DNA of 64,000 nucleotides from Anthoceros angustus. Taxonomy: Eukaryota; Plantae; Anthocerotophyta. Below are positions 40,144 through 52,154 of the stretch, one piece after another; the first letter of the stretch is position 1; every line of letters starts with the position of its first letter. Under the pieces are notes generated by a model that was given only the letters and a program-made list of their open reading frames with translations, ran no database searches and was not told the DNA's origin. The stretch lies in the NCBI GenBank assembly GCA_010909165.1, contig VJWM01000016.1, positions 1-64,000 of the forward strand, written 5' to 3'. The position numbers and the translations under genes were made by a program.

Positions 40144-41738
40144 TTATGCAGCAGCAGCCTTTCTGAGTCTGACTCGAGCCTCCAGCGGGTACTTCATTGT
40201 CACAGTCAAGATTTGGCTATAAGTAAGGTCAACAACCTCTTTGCCCTTGGGCGGAAGCCACTCGAATGACTGCACAAGCCTGCCAAGGATGAGGTGCATG
40301 TGGAGCATTGCCAAGCCCATCCCAGGACAGATCCGTCGTCCTGCGCCGAAGGGTATCATGGTGATGGGGCCCTTGGTTCCCGTGATGTCTGTAGGAGGCC
40401 CCTCCAGGAACCTTTCTGGCATGAACGTCAAGGCGTTAGGCCACACCTCTGGGTCTGTTGACAACTTGCGCAGGCAGGCCAGGAGCTCTGCGTTCTTGGG
40501 GATGTCGTAACCTCCCAGCCTCTCCTTCTGCGTGGTCTGGTGGGCGAGAGTGAAGTTCCCAGGAGGGTGAAGCCTCAGAGTCTCCAGCACCACCGCCTTG
40601 AGGTACGGCAGAGACTCCAGGTCGGACTGGGCCAAAGGCCTGTCTCCACACACCGACCGGATCTCGGCTGCAAGCTTGGCCTGCTGCGCCTTACCGTTGA
40701 CCAGCTCGGCTAGCGCGAACTGCATCGCACTGGCCGTCGTGTCTGTGCCACCGTTCAGGAGCTCTGAGCAGAGAGAAATGTAGTCGGAGTCGTCCAGGTC
40801 CAGCAGGCCTTTCTCGGCCTCGACTGCCAGGGAGTCCACGTAGCTGCCCAAGATGGGAGTGCGTGCTTTTCGTGCGTTCCGAATCTCTGTGATGATGGGA
40901 AGCACAATTTCGATCAAAGTGTTTCTGGCTTGCCTGCAGTTCTCGTAGTGAGCCTTGTTCACCAGCCAATGCAGAAGCGGGATGTAGTCCCCAATGTTCG
41001 GTCCAGCCAGCGCGAACATCTTGTTACTGATGTTGTCAATGGCTCTCACCTTCCCATCCTCCAGCACCTACACCATTCCACAGATTCTCAGGCCACAAAC
41101 TTCTTCATGCACAGACAGATGGATGCAGACGAATTCCTCACCTTCCCAAAGCAGATGTAGAGTAGCAAAGTGAAGCCCAAGAAGCGGATATGCTGTAGCA
41201 CCGGGATTGTGGCGTCGGGACTCTCTTCACAATGGTTCCTTAACGTCTCCACCAGAGCCTCAATCTTCATCGCCCGAAAGGGAGCCATACCCGCTAGCCT
41301 GGACTGGCTCAGCGCGTTCATCACAAGATTCTTCCTCAGTTCCTTCCATCTGGGCCCGTACACCGAGGTATTGATGGTTCTGTGACGGTTGGTCAGGAAG
41401 TGTCTGGAGAAGCGCTGCGGGCGGGAATCAAAACGCCCGCCTGCTCCAAACAGAAACTCTTTCACTTCTGCTCTGCCGCTCACGAAGATGTTGGGCATGG
41501 TTCCTAACCAGACGGTCAGAACTGGTCCGTATTTCGCAGTCCAGGAATTCAGCAGATCATCTCTGTTTTTAGCTGTGAAATGCAACAAACTCCCCACAAT
41601 GGGTAGGCCCCCAGGACCAGGAGGAAGACGGGCTCTGAAGAACAGGTGGTACAAGACTAGAGCAGCGGTGACTGAACCAACCAGAGCAGGGACTAGGACA
41701 CTTGGAGTCACCGCGGCGAGCAGCCCAGCTTGCTCCAT
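40144..41738 (-). CDS. Cytochrome P450, clan 71, CYP77/CYP89-like; exons 41738-41142 and 41067-40144 (506 aa)
   Basis: N-terminal membrane anchor, PPGPGGLPIVG hinge, GGTDTT I-helix, ETLR, PERF and FGAGRRICPG heme motifs are all intact. A 74-nt GT-AG phase-0 intron (41141-41068) joins the two ORFs in frame. Confidence 0.95.
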
Positions 41739-42092
41739 CGGTACAGGCCGGGGGCGCGCAGAACCGCAAAGCCCAGGGATTTCAATAAGGAGTGAGTGAT
41801 CCCAGCCTCCTAGCAGTGTAGGCTACCGTCCCGAACATATGGAAACCGCCCTCAAGCTCGAGGGATGTGGTGAATGAAGTTGCTTGGCGACAGCTACGTA
41901 CCTGCGCAGGCACTGAAGCACCGGCTACCCCTGTGATATACAAGTGGGGGGAGACCCCAAATCTCCACCCTCCAGCATCAAGAATGGTGCACGGATTGAT
42001 GCTGACACATATCTTCCATTCCAGTCTTGAAAGTCACAACGTAGGCATGCCCAGTGTGGGTCAAGAACATGATATACTTGTTGTCCTGACAA

Positions 42093-42204
42093 AGCTTCAA
42101 CAGCATGATCATCTCGCAACTGCTTCAAGAGCATGATCATCTTGCAACTGCTTCAAGAGCGTGATCACCTTGCAACTGCTTCAAGAGCACGATCATCTTG
42201 CAAC
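42093..42204. repeat. 28-bp tandem repeat x4 upstream of the P450
   Basis: TGCTTCAAGAGCATGATCATCTTGCAAC at 42121, 42149 and 42177, plus a variant at ~42093. Confidence 0.9.
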
Positions 42205-44001
42205 AATCTTCCCATGCATGAACAATCCTCGGCCGATAACAACAACACTCAAGTTGGCCAGGTTAACTGCGGGCTCCCTGTCCCAGGGAAGTTAAGTTGC
42301 ACTGTTTCCTTGATTTGAAGTAACAGAGAATTATCGCGTCCCTCATACGTATCCAGGTTTCTGGATGAAGGGCACCTGCTCTGTATTATTGGCCAGCAAC
42401 TAGTGAGAGCCCCACGATGTCATGAGCGTCTACCGGTGATAGCTCAACAGACCAGCTCCACAACCAGTTCGAAAATCAACCAAGGGCAAAACTCTTCCCG
42501 CAGGTATCGTGCAGCGCATAGAGTGGCATCCAGCCAGAACCGGTACCATGGAGCTTTAATAAGTCTTCTTTGGGCGGATCAGCGTCTAGATGGGGTCTGG
42601 ATCTAAATAATGTTCGAAGTAAAATTATCTATACATATCCAAGGGACAAAAATGTGGAATCAAAACAACCAAGCATCTCAAGTCACGGGTCAGTGTAAAT
42701 TATGTTCTCACGATAACTTAAATATTTGCTTAGATACTAATCATCACTAATATTTACAAGAGTTTTTAATTGGTAAAATTATTAAAGTCTTTTATTGATA
42801 AAAAATAAATTAGGTAATAATTTTAAGAATCTTTAATTCATAAAATAAAATTGAGAATCTATATGTAGTATCTAAAATTAGGCATGCAACTATGGGACTA
42901 CATATGCATTAAAGCTTCATCTATCATCTAGCCAAGTATACTATGAGGATTATACTCATCTTTTATTGAAATAAATACCAAGGCTTTATAAAGATTTAAA
43001 AATTACTAGTCAAGCTCAGAGGATGATACTCATCTTGGTGTATGCATGTGCACTTGCAAAGCAAATTAGTGGGCAGTTTAGATAGGAACTCGAACTCCTG
43101 GACCGAAAGCTCACTAATTTAATAAACAGTAGGAGGATGGTCACATACCATGGCAAGGTATTGTGAAGACAACTAGGTTCCACATGACTATTAAAATATA
43201 ACTTGAGACCAGAATCCTCAAAGGACAATATCCTTCCTTCGTAAGAACATTTGCTATATTTAAAAAGACTTCCATTGCTATCACTTTGCAACATTAGATT
43301 ACTTGGCCTTCAATTGTTCCGTATACCGTCCCTACCTATCAGCAATTGCCTTATTATCTCTTGGCTTGTGTGTATCCTCTCACCGTCACATTCAATCAAA
43401 ACCCCATACAAAGAAATATGCAAGGTGAGAAAAAGACATGAAAGTGAGACCTAGACTATCTAATATTTGTATGTAATGAGAACCCTAGGGTACTTATTTA
43501 TAATTATGATCAACTGGGCACATAATAACACAACTTATTTCCATCCTCATGGTTGTACACACGAGTACAATTAAAGAATTCTACATACTTTGAACGAAAT
43601 GATTTTTCTTAGCAATAGGTATTGCTTTATTATGCAAATAATACAAGACCTTTTCCTAGGAATAGGTTTAGCTTTATTATGCAAATCATACAAGACCAGA
43701 CAAAGCTCAACAGCTAGGTACCAGCCCTCAACAGCAAACATTAAAAAGACGGAGAACTCAAAAGAAACAAAGCCGCAAATTTAAGCGTGAGTTGGCCAAC
43801 AACTTTAGGGCAAGCTAGGTAGAATTGCAGAGGCTCATTGAGAAATTTCTCCACTAGTTTCTCAGGAGCAAAAAAACTCTAGTCACCTATCACTTAATCA
43901 AGGAAAATTTGGAACTTAATGAATCAAGTGATTCCACTTTGTTTTGATTATGAACCATTTCAAAGCTGCATTGGAAAGTTATCAACATCAATTGCATTGA
44001 T

Positions 44002-45210
44002 TTATTTTTTGCGGCGTCGTCGTGTTGCATCCCTTAGTGCAGATGCTTCGTCTAATATGAACTGACGATATTCTTCAATTTTAGTCATTTGAAGCACATT
44101 TGGGTTGCACATGTCATCCAAATATAGTTCTAGTGGGAAATTTAAGATGATCTTATATGGCTCATTGGCACGTGATCTACGCCCATCATTAACTCGTATT
44201 CCACATAGATACATCTTAATTTTCATCTTATCCGATGCATATGCAGCTTGTTTTGCAGACGTGTAACTGCCACAATAACATTGTTTCCCAAATGATTTCT
44301 TTTTCACATATGGTTGTACACTTTGGTTGCGACTTCTTGTTGTTGGACGATTTGAGGGAGATGAATGTTCCTCATCAGTTGAAGTAGGGCACCATATATA
44401 ACAATCAAATGTGCCAATAAGTTTATTGACACTAACTCCTTGATATTGTTCCTCATCTTCATTGACACTTTTTATCTGCGCATATTTTGTTTCAACCATT
44501 TCCTGCATGTGTTTCCAGATAGATGCCCTTGGGCTAATATCTTGACCTGACCTAGTTGGCCTGATAGGCTTCAATTTTTCTGGGCGTGCTCGACTCCCTT
44601 GTGCAATTTCTTCATATTCCGATCCAATTGCAAGCTGATTGGATGAAGTTGATGCTTCGTGTGCTTCAAGTTTGGATGGTTGGTGTACTTGATCCATGGA
44701 TTCAAAATGCACATCAGTGCATTCGCGATCCACGTTCTTTATGCAACGACTCGGGTCCTTTACCCACTCAGCATGTGAAACACGAATTGTTAGAGGCTCA
44801 TTCATGGATGCACCGCGTTGAAATAATGCTGGATTTACAATATCTATAAATTCTCGACTAGATGGTGGTATATAGTCGATCCAGGGCCGCAAACATCCTT
44901 TTGAACATTCCTCTGTGTCTGAATCAGATATATATATATATTCATCGTTTGATGTGTACCCTTCTTCTTTTGATTCCTCGCTGTTTGACAAGAACCCTTT
45001 TTCCTGTGATTCCTCGCTGTCTGACAAGAACCCTTTTCCCTGTGATTCCTCGCTGTCTGACAAGAACCCTTTTCCCTGTGATTCCTCGCTGTCTGACAAG
45101 AACCCTTTTCCCTGTGATTCCTCACCATCTTCCATGCTGTACCCTCCTTCCTCCGATTCCTCGCCGCTTGACGTGCACCCTTTTCCCTTTGATTTCTTGC
45201 CGTCAAACAT
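44002..45210 (-). CDS. Intronless 402-aa ORF: acidic 12-aa repeats and a divergent AP2-like C-terminal domain
   Basis: GKQCYCGSYTSAKQAAYASDKMKIKMY...LNFPLELYLDDM...MTKIEEYRQFI resembles the AP2-subfamily pattern GRQVYLGGYD.EE.AARAYD.AA.KYWG...NFP...Y..E...M...EY. The true start is uncertain. Confidence 0.6.
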   Translation of the reverse strand: MFDGKKSKGKGCTSSGEESEEGGYSMEDGEESQGKGFLSDSEESQGKGFLSDSEESQGKGFLSDSEESQEKGFLSNSEESKEEGYTSNDEYIYISDSDTEECSKGCLRPWIDYIPPSSREFIDIVNPALFQRGASMNEPLTIRVSHAEWVKDPSRCIKNVDRECTDVHFESMDQVHQPSKLEAHEASTSSNQLAIGSEYEEIAQGSRARPEKLKPIRPTRSGQDISPRASIWKHMQEMVETKYAQIKSVNEDEEQYQGVSVNKLIGTFDCYIWCPTSTDEEHSSPSNRPTTRSRNQSVQPYVKKKSFGKQCYCGSYTSAKQAAYASDKMKIKMYLCGIRVNDGRRSRANEPYKIILNFPLELYLDDMCNPNVLQMTKIEEYRQFILDEASALRDATRRRRKK

Positions 45211-45270
45211 CCTGCACGTTCTTTCCTCCGATATCTCGTTGTCTGACCGGCACCCTTTTCCCTCGGATTC
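44961..45270 (-). repeat. 36-bp coding tandem repeat (EESQGKGFLSDS) with degenerate flanking units
   Basis: TGATTCCTCGCTGTCTGACAAGAACCCTTTTCCCTG repeated about 4 times, with degenerate 36-41-nt units up to ~45270. Confidence 0.9.
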
Positions 45271-47621
45271 CCAGGTGATTTACAAAGTAATATTATGCTA
45301 TAGGTTCACGCGCTAAAAATGGAGTGAGAAGGAATTCTAGCCAAGACCAATGAGCCGAGTCACTTGTCCCTTAGTTAAAAGTAATGCAAAAGGATACACA
45401 CATATATAGAGAAAATTAAGAATTAGTGATTATTTTAAGAATTAGTGAAAATATGAAAATTCAAGCTCATGTAGTCACTTGTACTTTGTCGTTATAAGTA
45501 ATGCCTGAGGATACACGCATATATAGTGATTTTTTTGAAGTTTATGAAAAAATCTCAACATCCAAGGCCATACCGAGAAGTTCTTGATGTAAATATATCA
45601 AGACTCAAGGACTATTTATACCTAAATATATTGGTAGAAAATAATTTTATATATTACTTTTATAAGATTTTCAAGTTCAAGGATTAAATAGTTGTTAAAG
45701 TTCCAAAAAATATCTAAAATAAGAATAAGCTATATTTAGGTTTTGTATTCCTTTTGGTAATACCGGTCCTCGGCTTGTGGACCAAAAGTGACATTCTTAA
45801 CGTGAAGTTTCCTTGATTTTTGGGTTCTCTCCGTTTTCCTTCTTTTTCGGGTTCTCTTTGCTTTCCTTCTTTTTCGAGTTCTCTCCGCTATTTTTCTATT
45901 TACTTCCAGCTCACTTTTTCTCAGAAACCAACTTAGAATGGGTTCGCAAGTAGAAAAGCTCTAGAACTACTCTACTTTAAAACATATCTCAATATTTTAA
46001 TTAATTACTATATATTTTAAAAACTAAATATTTAGAGAAACTCTATTACCACCCTTATATTTTATAAATCCAGATGTATATAAAAACTCTTAGCAAAATA
46101 TGTCTAAAATCATAATTACAACCCTTATATTTTATAAATTCAAATATATATAAACACTCTAATATATTTAAGCACTCTGGCAAAATATATCCAAACGCAT
46201 GGGTTTTCTCACTTCTATATTGTCCTCTATCAAGACCCTTGCCATTGTATCCATGAGGTACTTGCTCCCCATGGCCGGTTGGATCTTTTTTAGCACTTTG
46301 TGTTACACAAGCAGTTTTCCTGGCCTCGCTCAAGGAAGCATTTCACAAGTAGTGGCAATTAGTGGTCATCGTTGGAAATTTGTTTTTTGAAAGGGCCAAA
46401 ATATCACTACAAGAAAACCATCCCCAAATATCAATCTTTCCTTTTATAAAAAATGCAGCAAACATATCACATATTCTTCATAACTCTTGGTTCTTCATAT
46501 TTACGCTCTCTTCCTAGGCCTCCAACTCTAGATCTAACTTTGGCCAAGACTAAGATACTTTGAAGTTGCGTTTCTCGCACGAGGTAAGCACTTGCTTTCA
46601 TATAAGCACTTCCTCAGCAGATAACCAAGCAAACAAATCTAATATGCAAATATAGGTGCAAACCAATAATAATAAGAGAGAGTAGCTTACATGTTGTGGC
46701 ACAAACACATTGTCCCTACGAGAACAACGCGCAAATTTCTTATACATTGCTCTCGGAGTCATAGCTTTGGCCTACTCACAACAGTCTCGTATTGCATTTC
46801 TAGAGGACATGCTATGATTTGAGCTTGTCCTTTGTGAAAGAGTCTATATATACTAGCCCTCGGCATCGGCATGTTTCTAAAATATCCTATTGGCATCAGC
46901 ATATGTCGAAAATATCCTAAGAATACACTATAATTTGCAAGGGATATCCTAAAGCATATTACTTGTGCTTATCCACTTAGCTATTGCTAACCATGTTTAA
47001 TTAACACAAGCAATTAAGATTAATTAATACTAACTACTTACTTAAAGATGAGCAATTAAATTATTTAATGCTAATAAAAACTAAACCCAAGCGCTAGATT
47101 AGTGTCATACGGCATGATACGTTGAACATCAAACTCTTGCTAAGACTAACACTAAGACTAAGACTATGCTAAGATTAGACTAAGACTAACCAAATGATCT
47201 ATAAATCATCTAGATATCTCATTCTATTAAATCTAAAACTATTATATTACTGTTTATTTCTTCTTCTTAGTAATCAAGAACTAGACGGGGATAAAAATAT
47301 ACTCAGACCTCAGCTATGAACTTCCATAAATGAACTTGGATCATTAATTTGCTAGCACCCAATCTATTATTTGAACCTCACCATCAATATGTGGAAACAA
47401 ATAGCTTTCACTAGTACACTTATATTCCTCTATTAACTTAATTTTCCCGATGCTAACGATTATTTTGACCTTGACATGGTTATGTGATAAATCTAAAGCT
47501 CGTAATTCGTATACCAGAATTCCTTTTTTATTCTATCATAATTTGTTTATCCTATTTAAACTTTTTATAGCAGCATCCGCATTCCTAGAACAAATCCTGG
47601 GACTCTTAGCCTGTGAGTAGA

Positions 47622-47940
47622 GGTTCCCAGTCTGGGAGCCTCTGCTCACATGTCAAATCCCGTTTCCACTGTTTGATTCTTCGATCGGAGGAAATGGCAG
47701 AGAACTTAATCTTTTGCGCCAACGCTTTGTGAGCTTCACTCCCCTGTTCAATCCTGTCCTGAGTGTGGCTAAGAGAGGGTTCCCAGCCTGGGAGCCTCTA
47801 CTCACGTTTTAGATCTCGTTTCCACTGTTGGATGCCTCGATCTGAAGAAATGGCATGCGGAGAGAACTTAATCTTTTGCTCCAACACTTTGTGAGCTTCA
47901 CTCCCCTGTTCAATCCTATCCTGAGTGTGGGCAAGAGAGT
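47622..47940. repeat. ~156-bp tandem duplication
   Basis: GGTTCCCAG.CTGGGAGCCTCT...GAGAACTTAATCTTTTGC...GAGCTTCACTCCCCTGTTCAATCCT at 47622 and 47778. Confidence 0.9.
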
Positions 47941-47959
47941 GCTGACTACCGCCCGATGT

Positions 47960-48520
47960 ATTAAGATGGAAGAAGAAATGGAGGGCGCTGAGGAACAGTT
48001 TGATGATGAATGCGGTGAGGCTGGCCAGTACAAGCTTTGCTGGTATATTGGCCCTTGCGTGCGGTGAAGATGGAGGCTCTGATACACAGACTGAGGAAAC
48101 ATGCGAAAGACGCACCCGATTCCACTTTCCCAGTGCTAGGTAGGGGAAATCCGGTTCCTAGCCTTCACTCTGTCGGTTCCCATCTTGTTTGGGAAGGTGA
48201 TTCTGGTATAGCAGTTAGTGCTTGCAAGTTGCATCCATGCCTGAGTTTCGGCCTGAGAATGCATCAGATCGCATCTGAGGAAGAGTAGGCGACATTGCAG
48301 CCGATTGCCTGACAGTGGAATTGAGTACCAAATGGTTCGCTTGGATTCCAGGATACATCGGGGACTAAATTCCTTGTCTGCGCTTGCCGGTGACTCCTTG
48401 TAAAAGGCTCACAAGGAGAAATGCAGGAAAAACAGGCAGCCTTTCCTTGGAATTAACTGTGCTTCCCATCGATATCAACACAGAGAATCCGGCAGGCAGG
48501 GAAGGAAGATATGTATTGTC
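47960..48520 (+). repeat. Dispersed repeat family X, copy 2
   Basis: Shares CCCAGTGCTAGGTAGGGG, TTTGGGAAGGTGATTCTGG and GGATTCCAGGATACATCGGGGACTA with the other copies. Confidence 0.85.
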
Positions 48521-49124
48521 CAGCGGCTGTTGGATGTGGACGACATGCAGAGTCTACGTTGTTCGCATTCTTTGCGCATAGCTCCTGAATATTTAGCGCT
48601 AGCAGGCTGGTGCAGGTGACTCACTCCAAGTTTGTGCTGGGCATCGAGATCAAAGCCTCTTTTCCTCAGCCAGCCAGCATAGGACGGTAATGTGCCTGTG
48701 CAATGAAGCATCAAAGAGGTCATGACTGTGTGCATGAGGTCAGCGATCGAGTATGGAGTGGAGGTGATGACTTTCTCCGCGAGGTCACCGAGAAAAGAAG
48801 TCTGCGGTGTTTTATAGCCACTTTGTGACCGCCCCTACGATACGACCAAAGGCAGGTCTCTTACAATTTAATCTGTTTCCGTGTGTCAGCCCAGGAGCAG
48901 GCTGGCCCTAAGAGAGCCTCCAAAGTTCACATTATTTTGTCGAGCAGTTACAGACATGGACCTGCAGTCCAGTACATCTTCAGAAATGAAACTTTCCCTT
49001 GAGGACGGCCTCCCCACTGGGATTTGCCGTCAACCAACCAAGAAACGGAGCCGACGGTTTTCATGGGACTGGGCACTTGGGCTCGAGGCTAAACAAACGG
49101 AGTAGGAATGGCAGGTAAAGTCAA

Positions 49125-50264
49125 CTACATGTCTGCAGCTCCTCCACCCAGACTCACAGCGGGGAGGTCTGTGGAAGACGAGGTGACCGGAGTGGAGTCC
49201 CAGGTGACGCCGGTCAGGGTCCAGGCGGTGGCCTTGTCCTTGGTGTAGTAGCCCGAGAAGGAGAAGAATTCATAGAACACCTGCTTGGTGAGGGCGTTGC
49301 CGATCTTATAGCTGCCGGTGCCGTCGTTGGTGGGGTAGAAGTACCACCACACGCGCGTGTCGTAGTTGTGGTTCACGTTCACGGCCTGGATGTCGCGGTT
49401 GCTGGAGAGGTTGGCGTTGAGGTAGGAGTGGTAGATGGTGACTGCGTTGCGCGCCGGGCCGGCGTCGAAGTTGCCCACCGTCCACCAGGTGCTGGCGTGA
49501 GTCTTGTCCGCGGTAACGCCCACAGCCTCGGTCAGGGCGTAGGCGTACCAGGTGACGCCGCCGTACACGTACGTGAGCTGGACGGGGCCGGTGCCCACCT
49601 TGTCCCTGATATCCACGCTGTCCACCGGAGGCACCGGGTCTGTGGACGGCACGATGGTGAAGACAGTGGCGCCGTCCAGGGTGTAGACGCCATTGAGGGA
49701 GAAGAACTCGTACGTTACCTGCTTGCCCAGGGCGTTCCCGATCCTGTAGGTGCCGGTGCTGCCCACCTCGTAGAAGTACCACAAGATGCGCTCTTGGTAC
49801 AGCTTGTACACGTCCAGCACCTGTATGACGGCGTTGTTGGATATGTAGGATTGGAAGCCGTAGGAGCTGTAGATGGTGACGGCGTTGGTCGGCCCGGAGT
49901 CCAAGCCGATCTGCCACCAGGTGCCCGGGTAGGTTTTGTCCAGAGTTCCGGCGAAGCCCCCGCCGTCGGTGTAGAGGTAGTAGGTGATGCCGCCCAGCTG
50001 GAATGTGAGCTGGACGAGGCCGTTGCCCACGCGGCCCCTGATGTCCGCGGTGCCGGCTTTGGCAGGAGGTGGGGGAGGAGGAGACGGCGGTGGAGGAGGA
50101 GGAGATGGCGGCGGGGGAGGAGGGGAGCGAGGAGGAGGAGGAGGAGAGGCCCGGGGAGGAGGAGGACTTGATAGGATTCTCTGAGCCTCCACATCCATGG
50201 CCAGGCTAGCCAAGAGCAAGGCCACTGCCGCTCCCATAACCCACAGCCTGCCGCATGTCGCCAT
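49125..50264 (-). CDS. Secreted Ser-Pro-rich (extensin-like) protein with 2 repeats of a ~145-aa probable beta-trefoil domain (gene A, 379 aa)
   Basis: MATCGRLWVMGAAVALLLASLAMDVEA signal peptide, SPPPP tracts, repeats starting DIR at 50045 and 49613, strong GC3 bias, and an intact paralog at 62330-63937. Confidence 0.9.
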   Translation of the reverse strand: MATCGRLWVMGAAVALLLASLAMDVEAQRILSSPPPPRASPPPPPRSPPPPPPSPPPPPPSPPPPPPAKAGTADIRGRVGNGLVQLTFQLGGITYYLYTDGGGFAGTLDKTYPGTWWQIGLDSGPTNAVTIYSSYGFQSYISNNAVIQVLDVYKLYQERILWYFYEVGSTGTYRIGNALGKQVTYEFFSLNGVYTLDGATVFTIVPSTDPVPPVDSVDIRDKVGTGPVQLTYVYGGVTWYAYALTEAVGVTADKTHASTWWTVGNFDAGPARNAVTIYHSYLNANLSSNRDIQAVNVNHNYDTRVWWYFYPTNDGTGSYKIGNALTKQVFYEFFSFSGYYTKDKATAWTLTGVTWDSTPVTSSSTDLPAVSLGGGAADM

Positions 50265-52154
50265 TGCGCATGCGCCTCGCGCAAAGGACGCGTTAACGTA
50301 TCTGGGTTCCTGCACATGCAATTCATCCATCCATGGCCAACACACACACTGCACCTGGTCAGCTTGATTTAAAACTAATCAGTAGAAAATTTAGACCGTA
50401 CACATCTTAATTCTAAAGGCGACAACTCAAACCGTCGCCCACTACAAAAGTAAATGTGCACGACAGGAATGTGAAGACACTTGAGGTGATGGGCTTGCAA
50501 GGTGATAGAGGCCCAACCACACAGCGCTGCAGGTAGGTGGTTGCGATCGGGGACCACTGAATCAACGCTCTTTGCCGCTTGCTCCAAACGAGTTCCCCAG
50601 GCCACTTTATATACATGTGGGCACACACTGCATATTATTATTTTTATGAGCAGGGAAGGCCCGGCTGGTGGCCACACCACACAATTCCTTCCCCTGTAGG
50701 ATTGGTACGCATCTTTCGCATGGAGCTGAGAATCGTACGAATGCGCATGCAGGCCTCAACGGCGCAACCGCGGCGAATAGACACTGTTCAGACATTGCGG
50801 GGTTTGAAATCTACGGCACCCTCGATTGAATACGTGGAAACCGCACTCGTCCTCCTACTACTGGTTCTGCTAATGCCAAAAAGGGAAAACAACAAAAACG
50901 CACTAGTACTGTTCCGGAATTCAGGGACAACGTGTTGCTGCAGGCCAGGCGCATCCGGACATTGTGGACACATGAGAGCTATCGACTTCCGTCACCATGA
51001 CTTTTCGAATAAAAGATAGTTGTTAATACGCCTGCCCCGGGGTCCTGGCGCGTCCTGCCGCATCATCCCGGCCACGCTTTTGTTCACTCGGCCACTGACC
51101 GTCGACGTTACAGCGCAGAAGCATCAAGCAGGCCTCGGGGCGGGGGCAGGCCTAGGGTAGGGAGCATGCACCAAGTTCATGACGCATACTGTGCACAAGC
51201 ATAGCCAATGGATGAAAGGCTCATCAAGCAGGCAAACACTGGGGGAGGGGAAAGCATGGGAGGCCTAGGGGCTAGGCCAGGGGCATGCACCAGCCAAATG
51301 ATGCACCGCGCTCGTTTCCTCACAGATTCCTCACTGATTTCGGACACGGCCATGTGCTAAACTTGTAAAGTGCACTCGGCTTCGACTGACTCGTTTACAG
51401 ATGGGTGCATTATGCACACGTTGCGATTTACAAAATTGTGAAGCTATCTGTCTTTGGTGGACAACGGCCGTCCAGGCAGGGTTTCATGTCCCTGGCCAGC
51501 CACACAGCGATGTGTGGTAAGTGGCAACTTCTATCAATGCCAAGGTACATACTGCGCAGCGACGACTTCTAGACGTCAGCCAAGTCAAGCTCGACACTCC
51601 ATTGGCAGGGGGCGGCGGCAAACCTGTGTACGCACATGCTCTGTTATTTGAACTTGTGTATTAAAGTATTTTCTCTCTCTGAGTCACATCAGTAATTTGG
51701 AAGAACGGAGGCTAGGAAGCTACCAATACAGGATATGCACATCTGTTCCTAATGAATAGATAGGTACGTACATCTTTCTTTAATATATACAACAAAAATA
51801 AATATCCTAGTCCAGGAGGTTCCTAACCCGACGCTCACGGAATCATATTTTGATTTGTGCATATCAAGCTACCTTCTTTCGCTTTCCCCGTCGCCTAAAT
51901 CTCATCAGCAAATACACGCCATGCTCACCGTCCCGCTCGTGTGGCACAGACCCCGATGCGCATCCGACGCACCGTGCGGCCGGCATCCTCTCGGACGAAA
52001 CCGCGCATTGAGTTGTCAGCTTGCCTCTCGTTTCTACCCCTTGCCTCCCATGCTGCGCTGGCTACAAAGAAGCAACAATGTGATGGCAAGCTCATAAGGC
52101 CAGCTACCTTCACCTCAACCTCTCTGGATAGACTGCCTACACACAGACATACCC

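Noticed and set aside
46405-46417. Canonical CACTACAAGAAAA terminus
   Set aside because: No downstream inverted partner or TSD found in the window, so it cannot define an element.
49306-50347. Long alternative-frame and antisense ORFs over gene A (203, 210 and 267 aa)
   Set aside because: Shadow ORFs caused by strong GC3 bias in the real frame.
50265-50354. N-terminal extensions of the gene A and gene B ORF calls (also 63938-63988)
   Set aside because: They start at non-ATG codons and are not conserved between paralogs. The MAT.. start gives a clean signal peptide in both.
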